A stretch of DNA of 64,000 bases. Origin: an uncultured Acidimicrobiia bacterium (GTDB lineage Bacteria; Actinomycetota; Acidimicrobiia; Acidimicrobiales; AC-14). Position numbers and translations under genes: made by a program. Location: positions 32,001-96,000 of the forward strand of contig CAWIIV010000008.1 of NCBI GenBank assembly GCA_963836205.1. The letters are read 5' to 3'. Position 1 is the stretch's first letter, and each line of letters starts with the position of its first letter. Under the pieces are notes generated by a model. The model ran no database searches. It saw only the letters and a list, made by a program, of their open reading frames with translations, and had not been told where the DNA came from. This document shows positions 10,295 to 17,744 of this stretch, piece by piece.

Positions 10295-10969
10295 CTACCC
10301 CACCGGATGGTTGTAGGCCGAGCTCATCCGGTCGAGGTCGGGCAGGGTCAAGCCGTTGAAGGTGCAACGCCCGGGGGAGAATCCCGGGAACATCGCCGAC
10401 CCCGGGTTGGTGAGGTTGTCGTCGAGCCCGAGGGCGCTGACGAACCCGAACACCACCAGGGTGAACTTGTCGCCGGTGCACAGCGGGTCGACGACGCTCG
10501 GCCGGAACATGGTCACCGCGTTGGTGATGTGCTCGTTGAAGTCGACGTTGATCCCCGTGAACCCGGGATCACCCGGGCTCGAGTCGGGATCGAGTGCCTC
10601 GCTCTTGCAGAGCACGAGGAACTGGGGCGGTCCCAGGGCGCACGGGTTGCCTGCCGCGAAGTTGATGTTCTGGTAGTAGAGCATCACCGGGTAGTTGCCG
10701 TTGTAGCCGTTGTGGAGGTCGTTCATCACCCGCGAGAGAACCTGGATCCACTGGCTCAGGGCGGGATCGTTGGTGTTGTCGATCACCGCAACCGACCGGT
10801 AGTAGGGGTTGGCGGGCGCGACCGAGAGGTACGGGTTGGGCCCAAAGTGGGCCGGGAAGAACGTCGAGTCGAACACGTCCGCCCGGGCCGGCGAAGGGAC
10901 CACCGCCGGCATCGCCATCGCCACCGCCATCAGAACGACACTGCCAATTCGCTTCCGTCGCCGTTCCAC
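10295..10969 (-). CDS. Secreted protein with a degenerate metzincin (matrixin-like) C-terminus
   Basis: Signal peptide ending ARA; VVFGFVSALGLDD..SAMFP..LTLPDLDRMSSAY parallels HExGHALGLxH..SxMxP..DD..I..LY. Confidence 0.6.
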   Translation of the reverse strand: MERRRKRIGSVVLMAVAMAMPAVVPSPARADVFDSTFFPAHFGPNPYLSVAPANPYYRSVAVIDNTNDPALSQWIQVLSRVMNDLHNGYNGNYPVMLYYQNINFAAGNPCALGPPQFLVLCKSEALDPDSSPGDPGFTGINVDFNEHITNAVTMFRPSVVDPLCTGDKFTLVVFGFVSALGLDDNLTNPGSAMFPGFSPGRCTFNGLTLPDLDRMSSAYNHPVG

Positions 10970-11093
10970 GTTCGCCGTCCTCTCGTGGTTGCCTTGCCCA
11001 CAGGATACGCGTCGGACTGGTGTGTCGTCCGTCGTCGACCGCCCTTCCCGAAGGCCACGTGGGTCCAGGCGGGCGATCGGATCTGCCGTCGGG

Positions 11094-11861
11094 TCAGCCG
11101 ATCGGCTTGACGGCCAGCCCGCCGTAGAAGGCGACCGGGGGATCGAGAGGACTCTCCCTGCCGCCCCACCGGGCCACCGGAACGATGCCCTCGGGCGTCG
11201 GTCGCCACCGGCCGAGCAGCCCGGCGAAGGATGACGGCTCGCGCATGTGGAACGCCGGACCCATCATGGCCAGCGCCTCCGGGTAGCTCGCCAGCAGATC
11301 GGTGTCGAAGTCGAACGCGAGGTAGCTCCCGGTCGGCACGGCGTCGTACAGGTCGTCGAAGGTGCGGGCCAGTCGCTCGTCGTCGAGGAAGGCGGCCAAC
11401 CCGAGAAACACCAGGCCCACCGGATCACGGCCCCATCCAGGGAGGGAATCGGCCAGAACCGCAGGGTCGATTGAGCCGATGTTGGCGGCGTCGCCGTACG
11501 CGTAGACAGCCCTGGTCGACCCGGAGAGGATTTGGCGGCCAAGCGCGATGTTGGCCGGATCGATGTCGGTGTAGAGCACCCGGGCCCCCGGGGCAACCTC
11601 GTGGACGTTGCCCTGCGTGGGAATGCCCGCGCCGAACACGAGGAACTCCCCGATGCCGAGGCTCTGGAGCTGCGTGACGGTGCGCCGGAGGAATGCCCGC
11701 AACGCGCGGAACTCGTGCGCGCACGGACCGAAGGCAGCTTCGAAGGCGTGGGCCGCGGCGACGTCGACCCGGTAATGGTGCTCGCCACCGAGCCAGTAGT
11801 CGATCATCCGGGCGGTGCTCGGCATGTCGGGCGTTTCGATTCCACCATCGGTTGCCGCCAT
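11094..11861 (-). CDS. SAM-dependent methyltransferase (actinobacterial Methyltransf_19 type)
   Basis: PSTARMIDYWLGG, FLVFGAGIPTQGNVHEV, ARVLYTDIDP, GSYLAF. Confidence 0.88.
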   Translation of the reverse strand: MAATDGGIETPDMPSTARMIDYWLGGEHHYRVDVAAAHAFEAAFGPCAHEFRALRAFLRRTVTQLQSLGIGEFLVFGAGIPTQGNVHEVAPGARVLYTDIDPANIALGRQILSGSTRAVYAYGDAANIGSIDPAVLADSLPGWGRDPVGLVFLGLAAFLDDERLARTFDDLYDAVPTGSYLAFDFDTDLLASYPEALAMMGPAFHMREPSSFAGLLGRWRPTPEGIVPVARWGGRESPLDPPVAFYGGLAVKPIG

Positions 11862-12079
11862 GAACCTCACTCCGTGCGCGGGGGTCGACTCCACCGATCT
11901 TCCCCGATCGGACCTCGGTCCACGCCGCGTTCGCCCAGCCCGCATCGGGGGGCGGATTGCCAGTTTGCCCTGCGGGACGTCTCGAACGATCACGACACCG
12001 CTCACGGCTCGCAGCTCCATGAACGCTGTGTCCTGAGTGAGAAACACCAGGTCACGTCGGACCCGCCAGGCGGGCTGGA

Positions 12080-12178
12080 GCGCGAGTCCGCCAATCCCCC
12101 TTGCCCCGACAGGATGACGAGCTCGACCTCGTGGCCGGTCGAGCCGAACGGGATCTTCTCGTCGAGCAGGAGCCTCAA
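12080..12178 (-). pseudogene. Truncated DUF5615/PIN-like toxin remnant
   Basis: TTG start overlaps the DUF433 stop (TTGA); (M)RLLLDEKIP...GHEVELV...GQGGLAD matches the MRLLLDENLP..GHDV..V..GL.G..D pattern, then decays; 3' limit approximate. Confidence 0.6.
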
Positions 12179-12391
12179 GAGGGCGCGCTCACCGCCGGTG
12201 GGAGATGGGCGGCGAAGGCGAGGGCGCTGAGAACTTGCTCCCGCGAGAGAACTGGTACGCTTACACCGTCCGTGGTCTCACCAGGGGCGATGCGGCCATA
12301 ACGGTGGCGACGTCGACGCTCGTGGCGGTGATGCAGGTCTTGCCGGACCGGATCGCGGGACCATCGTGATGCCCGGGAGGATCTCCATCAT
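12175..12391 (-). pseudogene. DUF433 family antitoxin pseudogene (frameshifted)
   Basis: Stitched frames: MEILPGITM / PAIRSGKTCITATSVDVATVM / GETTDGV..LSREQVLSALAFAAH. Confidence 0.7.
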
Positions 12392-12394
12392 GGT

Positions 12395-12430
12395 TGGCGA
12401 CCCGGTGTTGATCCCCGTACCTCTGCCGTG
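12395..12430 (-). repeat. Degenerate copy 1 of the tRNA-Val 3' half (att-like)
   Basis: TGGCGACCCGGTGTTGATCCCCGTACCTCTGCCGTG versus tRNA TGGGCGACCGGGGTGTTGATCCCCGTACTTCTGCCGTG (plus strand). Confidence 0.85.
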
Positions 12431-12588
12431 AGGACTCAAGTTCGAGCCAGACGCCCTTGTCAATGTCGAAGCGTGTCCGCAGGTGAGAGCGTGTGCGGCA
12501 GTCGTCGGTCGTCAGGCACCGGCACCGGTGAGGCACCAGGGAAGGCACCAGAGTCAGGGCGAGAGCGACGTACGGTGGCCGAGTGTCC

Positions 12589-13292
12589 GTGCTCGACCCC
12601 CGGCAACAGCTGGCCATCGATTCAGAGGCGAGGATGGCCGTTGGCTTCATCCAGCAGGGTGTACTCGCCCTGGGGGACCTCGACGGTGGAAACAACTTCC
12701 GTCAGTTGCCGATGCAGCCGTTGTCGATCGGCTGGAGCGGTTCTTCAAGCTGACGATCGCTCTGGCTGAACTCGAACAACTCGGAGCATTGCCGACCAGC
12801 ATGAAGACGTTCGGACACAACCTCTCCCGGCTGCCTCCTCGCCTCGTAGAACTCGCCAGGAAGTCGGCCACCTACGTCGCCCGACCCGCCTGCGCCGCCG
12901 ATCTGGACTTCCTCTCCACCGACGCCGACCTGGCCTCGTTGCTCCGCACCCTCTCCACCTATGCGCAGCAGGGCCGCTACCACCACCTGGAGACGGTCCT
13001 GGGTCAGGCCGTCGCCCCCGACCCCGACGACGAGTGGCGTCAGATCGAGATGAGGTACCTCGACGGGCTGCCCCACTGGAAGGCGAAGATGGCGACACCA
13101 GAGTTCGCCGGGTTCTACGCCGAGATGGCCGGTTGCCTCACCACAACCGTCCAGCGCTGTGCACGAGCCCTCAGCCGGATGTGGACGCTGGACCCCCTGG
13201 GCCAACCCGGCCGTCGTTACACCGGTGTCGTCCGGCCGTTCCTCTTCCTCATGGATGCGGACCTTGGGACCCCTTCACGGCGTCGGTCGTAG
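12589..13292 (+). pseudogene. HEPN-like protein with one frameshift near 12731
   Basis: Frame 1 VLDPRQQLAIDSEARMAVGFIQQGVLAL..LSIG joins frame 3 LERFFKL..KTFGHNLSRL..LSTYAQQGRYHHL; the E..K, GHxL and RY pattern is HEPN-like. Confidence 0.5.
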
Positions 13293-13495
13293 CCCCAGGC
13301 GTGGGGCGACTCAGCCGCCGTACGAGTGGCCGCCGGGGTCCTCGAAGGACAACTGGTAAAGAGACTCCGCCCGCCACGTCGTCCATGGCGAGGACCGAGC
13401 GGTAGATAGATCCGGCAGCCCTGCCAGGCACCCGCCGGGCGCCCTGTCAGGACAAGAGTTTCCGCTGGTGGGACGCCCGTTCAGGCCCGGGGACT

Positions 13496-13543
13496 GGGGT
13501 GGGCGACCGGGGTGTTCTTCCCCGCACATCTGCCGTGTGAAGG
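13496..13543 (-). repeat. Degenerate copy 2 of the tRNA-Val 3' half, extending through the anticodon loop (att-like)
   Basis: GGGGTGGGCGACCGGGGTGTT (21 nt identical to 14818-14838) and TCTGCCGTGTGAAGGC (16 nt identical to 14851-14866), with a mismatched middle. Confidence 0.88.
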
Positions 13544-13639
13544 CTTCCCGAGGCACCCCTGCCACCTGCGCAAAGGCCCTTCTACCTGCGGTGTTGTGGT
13601 CCAACGGTACCCACCCGCATCCCACGTTTACCCTCGAGA

Positions 13640-13661
13640 TGTTGTCCAGATGTTGTCCCGG
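13640..13661 (+). repeat. 11-bp tandem repeat, candidate integrase arm-type site
   Basis: TGTTGTCCAGA TGTTGTCCCGG; the same motif recurs at 14741. Confidence 0.55.
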
Positions 13662-13755
13662 ACCAGACCGACCCCGCCGTGGTAGGGCTGGTGCGCCGCC
13701 CGCCCGGTGTCCCGCTCGGCGTAACGGGCGTGGCGGCCCCTGAGAGGCCGGACCC

Positions 13756-14397
13756 TCAGACGCAGCAGGTGTCGTCCAGCGCATCCGCACGCCAGGTCCT
13801 CACGGCTTCCGTGCTGGCAAGCGCAGCGATGAGGAGTCCCGCTGTCGGGTCGGCCCACCACCATCCCAGAGTGGCGTTGAGGCCGAGGCCACCTAACAAC
13901 ACCGCCGAGAGGATTGCGCACAGGCGGGTCTGGTTAGCCTCGGATGCCGCTGCCTGCGAACCGAGGACAGGAGCAAGGCGGCGCTTAGCACGAGCCAGGA
14001 CCGGCATGACCAAGAGTGACACCGCAGCGAGCACGATCCCGACGACGGTGGCCTCGGGTTGGTGGCGACCGATCAGGTCACGCACGCTCTCGACACCCAC
14101 GTAGGCGGCGAGAACAGCGAATGACACAGCGATCAGGCGGGTGGCCCGTCGGTCGAAGTCAGCCGTACAGCCAGCTTGATTCTCCTTGGCCAATCGCCAC
14201 ATCAGGATCACGGCCGCCGACACCTCTATGCCCGAGTCCAGTCCAAAGCCGACAAGGCTCACGGACCCGGCGAAGATGCCGGCAACGACGGCGATCACGC
14301 CCTCCGCCACGTTCCAGCCAATTGTCACACGGTTGAGCAATCGAGATCGCCGAACTGCGGCCGACCGGACCTTGGGATCCTGGAGTCGGATGGTCAC
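13756..14397 (-). CDS. Cation diffusion facilitator-type metal efflux protein (short form)
   Basis: GSVSLVGFGLDSGIE, GWWWADP, C-terminal DDTCCV; six hydrophobic segments. Confidence 0.85.
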   Translation of the reverse strand: MTIRLQDPKVRSAAVRRSRLLNRVTIGWNVAEGVIAVVAGIFAGSVSLVGFGLDSGIEVSAAVILMWRLAKENQAGCTADFDRRATRLIAVSFAVLAAYVGVESVRDLIGRHQPEATVVGIVLAAVSLLVMPVLARAKRRLAPVLGSQAAASEANQTRLCAILSAVLLGGLGLNATLGWWWADPTAGLLIAALASTEAVRTWRADALDDTCCV

Positions 14398-14740
14398 AGA
14401 CGGAACGTACCGCCCCACGATCCCAAGGGCGCCCAACCCCCCGCCGGTGGCGCTTGCGAGCCGCCTTGGTCCGAGCCGTCGGGCGCGTAATGGCCGATGG
14501 CTGCCGGGGCGTGGTGGATGCCAAAGCGATTGATGACGCACGCAGGATAAAGTTTGCCAATCGAGACGAAACCTGGGGACGCATGATGGAGAGCGGCCCC
14601 CTCTGCCCGGCTTCCGTCATCCGGGACATTTCGCTCTTCGGCTTGGCGGGCGAGCTTTGCCCTACTGCGCTACAGCAGCACCCACGGTACCAACGCAGCC
14701 GCCAATGCAAGCCGGCCACAAGCACTCTTTCCTCTATATA

Positions 14741-14762
14741 CGTTGTCCCGGCGTTGTCCCGG
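14741..14762 (+). repeat. 11-bp perfect tandem repeat, candidate integrase arm-type site
   Basis: CGTTGTCCCGG CGTTGTCCCGG, about 60 bp from the tRNA 3' end. Confidence 0.55.
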
Positions 14763-14821
14763 CCAACTTCCGACCGAGCGAATTCAGCGCCCGCAGGTGC
14801 CGCGGCCTGCGGTTTTAGGGG

Positions 14822-14893
14822 TGGGCGACCGGGGTGTTGATCCCCGTACTTCTGCCGTGTGAAGGCAGCGCTCTACCGTTGAGCTAGTCGCCC
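14822..14893 (-). tRNA. tRNA-Val (anticodon CAC), CCA not encoded
   Basis: GGGCGAC-UA-GCUC AACGGUA GAGC-G-CUGCC UUCACAC GGCAG-AAGUA-CGGGG AUCAACA CCCCG-GUCGCCC-A: all four stems pair perfectly. Confidence 0.93.
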
Positions 14894-15576
14894 GTGAAGG
14901 AGGCCTGGGGCTCCTTCGACCACGATAACGCAGGCTCGGCGGCCCGCAGCGGGGCTCGGAGGGTGGCGGTGAGGCCGGCCGGGCGGCGAGCAGGGTTGAT
15001 CACCATGCGCACGCCGGTGACGACCATCCCTCGATGCCACCCGGCCAGGCCGAACAGGCCGTCGGAGTCGGGCGCGGTGATCTCGACCCGGGCGGGGCGG
15101 GCGTGGCCCCGCATGCGACCCCCGACCACGACCAGCCCGTCGGCCCGCCGTTGGAGCGATCGCACCGGCGCCACCATGGGCACCGACGGTCCCGACGGGA
15201 CGCCCCTCACCACGACGTCGCGGTCCTCCCAGGCCAGCGTCCGCTCGTCGGCGTCGGCCAGCCAGCGCAGCGTGCCCAGTTCCTTGGGCAGGCCCCAGTT
15301 GAGGCGTCCCCCCCGCCTGGACTCGGGCGAGTCGACGACCATGAGCGTCACGCACAGCCCGATGCGGGCGCCCACCCGGGCCGGCTGAGCCACCGAGAGC
15401 TCGAGATAGGGACCGACGGGCGACTCGGTGAAGCGGGCCGCGGCCACCACCAGGGGGCCGGGCACCGGATGCAACCCGACCGGCAGCGGGGGCCGGAACG
15501 ACGGGCGCCGGACCAGGGCCACCACGCACTCGCCCGCCAGGTCCCAAGGTGCTGCCGGCGGTGTCGTGGACCCCAC
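14884..15576 (-). CDS. Acetoacetate decarboxylase family protein
   Basis: PPAAPWDLAG, ESPVGPYLEL, VDSPESRRGGRLNWGLPKELG. Confidence 0.8.
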   Translation of the reverse strand: MGSTTPPAAPWDLAGECVVALVRRPSFRPPLPVGLHPVPGPLVVAAARFTESPVGPYLELSVAQPARVGARIGLCVTLMVVDSPESRRGGRLNWGLPKELGTLRWLADADERTLAWEDRDVVVRGVPSGPSVPMVAPVRSLQRRADGLVVVGGRMRGHARPARVEITAPDSDGLFGLAGWHRGMVVTGVRMVINPARRPAGLTATLRAPLRAAEPALSWSKEPQASFTGD

Positions 15577-15643
15577 TCCGCCACGCTAACCGGGCGCCGC
15601 CCGTGTCCGACCCCGCCCGGCGAATGTGGTGGAATCGACGCCC

Positions 15644-16819
15644 GTGCGGATCGCAATCATCGCGCCCCCGTGGGCACCCATCCCGCCCCGCCTGTACGGC
15701 GGTATCGAACAGGCAGTCGACGCCGAGGCCCGGGGCGTGGCGGCGGCCGGGCACGAGGTCCTCCTCTTCACCACCGGCGACTCGACCTGCCCCGTGCCCC
15801 GCCGGTGGCTGCTGCCGGAGGCGGAGGGCGAGCGCATGGGCGTCGCCGTTCCTGAGGTCCGCCACGTGCTCGCCGCCTACCAGGCGGTGGAGGGCTTCGA
15901 CGTCGTCCACGACCACACCATCGTCGGGCCGGCGATGGCCGCCCGGTGGGGCCCGGCGTCGGGCCTGCCCCCGGTCGTCAGCACCATCCACGGGCCCCTC
16001 GACGGTGAGCTGGCCGACGTCTACAGGCGTATCGGCGACACCGTCGGGCTCATCGCCATCTCCCACGCCCAGGTCAAGCCCGCGCCCGACGTCACCATCG
16101 CCCGGGTCATCCACCACGGCGTCACCGCGAGTGAGTTCCCGTGGGGCGACGGCAGCGGCGACTACTTCCTCTTCCTGGGCCGGCTGGCAGCCGACAAGGG
16201 CGCCCACCGGGCCATCGCCGCGGCCGAGAAGGCCGGCGTCACCCTCATCCTGGCCGGCAAGGTGCGGGAGAAGGCGGAGAAGGAGTACTTCGAGCAGGAG
16301 GTCGCCCCCCACCTGAGCGACACCATCCGGTTCGTGGGCGAGGTTCCCCACGACGAGAAGCTGCGCCTGCTGGCCGGGGCCCGGGCCACCCTGTTTCCTA
16401 TCCGGTGGAACGAGCCGTTCGGGCTGGTGATGATCGAGTCGCTGGCCTGCGGCACGCCGGTGCTGGCCTACCCCGAGGGGGCGGCGCCGGAGGTGATCGT
16501 CGACGGCACCACCGGGTTCATGGTCGACGGCGAGGCGGAGATGGCGGATGCGATCGCAAGCGTGGGCGAGATCGACCGCCACGCCTGCCGGGCGGCGGTG
16601 GAGGACTACTTCTCGGTCGACCGGATGGTGCGGGAGCACGTCGAGCTGTTCGAGAACGTGGTGGCGGGCCGGGTTGCCCAAGCGCCCGGAGATCAGGCGC
16701 CCGGAAATCAGGCGCACGGAAATCAGATGAGCGGCAACGGCAGCTCGGGCGGTTCGGGTGGCCTCGGTGGCGTCGGCGGCCCGTCCGAGGGCAGCGGCGG
16801 CTCCACCCTCCAGTCCTGA
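15644..16819 (+). CDS. Glycosyltransferase family 4
   Basis: IAPPWAPIPPRLYGGIE, FLGRLAADKG, WNEPFGLVMIESLACGTPV. Confidence 0.92.
   Translation: MRIAIIAPPWAPIPPRLYGGIEQAVDAEARGVAAAGHEVLLFTTGDSTCPVPRRWLLPEAEGERMGVAVPEVRHVLAAYQAVEGFDVVHDHTIVGPAMAARWGPASGLPPVVSTIHGPLDGELADVYRRIGDTVGLIAISHAQVKPAPDVTIARVIHHGVTASEFPWGDGSGDYFLFLGRLAADKGAHRAIAAAEKAGVTLILAGKVREKAEKEYFEQEVAPHLSDTIRFVGEVPHDEKLRLLAGARATLFPIRWNEPFGLVMIESLACGTPVLAYPEGAAPEVIVDGTTGFMVDGEAEMADAIASVGEIDRHACRAAVEDYFSVDRMVREHVELFENVVAGRVAQAPGDQAPGNQAHGNQMSGNGSSGGSGGLGGVGGPSEGSGGSTLQS
16678..16726 (+). repeat. 15-nt tandem repeat x3 in the GT4 tail (QAPGD QAPGN QAHGN)
   Basis: CAAGCGCCCGGAGAT CAGGCGCCCGGAAAT CAGGCGCACGGAAAT CAG. Confidence 0.7.
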
Positions 16820-17682
16820 CGGGCGACGATCCCCTCCTTGTAGAGCCTGGCCCCGATGCGGGTGCGCAGTTCCCTCGCCACGCGCACCCGGTTGCCGGTG
16901 CTGGTCTTGACCTCCACCCGCACCGTCACCCCCTCGGTGCCCATCGCCTCCACGCCCAGCACCTGGGGCTTCTCCAGCAGGATCTCGGCCCAGGCCTCGT
17001 CGGTGGCCAGTCGGTCGACCTCGTCGGTGATGGCGGTGATGGCCCGGGCCAGGTCGGCGCCCTTGGGGACGACGATGTCGACCACCGCCCGGGCCCAGTC
17101 CTTGGCCGCGTTGCCCACCATGCGGATCTCGCCGTTGGGGACGAACCACACGGTGCCGTCGTTGGCCCGGATCGACGTGACCCGCAGGTTCACCTCCTCC
17201 ACGTGGCCGGTCACCGCGCCGACGGTGATGAGGTCGCCCACGCCGTACTGGTCCTCGGCCAGGATGAAGAACCCCGACACGAAGTCCTTCACCAGGCTCT
17301 GGGCCCCGAAGGCCAGGGCGAGGCCGACGATGCCCGCGCCGGCGAGGAGGGGGCCGAGGTTGAGCCCCACTTCGCCCGCGATGAGCAGGATGGCGACGGT
17401 CCAGATGGCCACCCGCAGGGTGCTGGCGGCCACGCCCGCGAGGGTGGTGGCCCGCTGCTCGGCTCGGGCCGACTTCTCGGCGACGGGCGTGGTCCGCCCC
17501 AGGCCGGTCACGACCCGAACCGCCAGCTTGGCGCCGAAGCGGCTGAGGATGATCGCGGCCACGAGGATGAAGGCGACCCTGAACGGTCCCTCGATCAGGG
17601 ACTCGACGGTGCTGGCCGCAGACCCCTCCAGGCCCAGCTTGTGCAGGGCCTTGCAGACCAGGTCGCGGGTCTGGCAGTCCAT
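16723..17682 (-). CDS. Mechanosensitive channel, MscS family
   Basis: AGAGIVGLALAFGAQSLVKDFVSGFFILAEDQYGVGD, GHVEEVNLRVT, VPNGEI. Confidence 0.92.
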   Translation of the reverse strand: MDCQTRDLVCKALHKLGLEGSAASTVESLIEGPFRVAFILVAAIILSRFGAKLAVRVVTGLGRTTPVAEKSARAEQRATTLAGVAASTLRVAIWTVAILLIAGEVGLNLGPLLAGAGIVGLALAFGAQSLVKDFVSGFFILAEDQYGVGDLITVGAVTGHVEEVNLRVTSIRANDGTVWFVPNGEIRMVGNAAKDWARAVVDIVVPKGADLARAITAITDEVDRLATDEAWAEILLEKPQVLGVEAMGTEGVTVRVEVKTSTGNRVRVARELRTRIGARLYKEGIVARQDWRVEPPLPSDGPPTPPRPPEPPELPLPLI

Positions 17683-17744
17683 CCGCCGCCAGCCTCTCAC
17701 GACGCGGATGAGCGTTCGGTGAAGTGTTCGACTAAAGAAAGAGG

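Noticed and set aside
14400-14740. Possible integrase remnant next to the tRNA
   Set aside because: No tyrosine-recombinase motifs recognised in the frames examined; left unassigned.
12395-14866. Three related repeats considered as a CRISPR array
   Set aside because: Spacing is over 1 kb, the repeats derive from a tRNA, and no cas genes are present.
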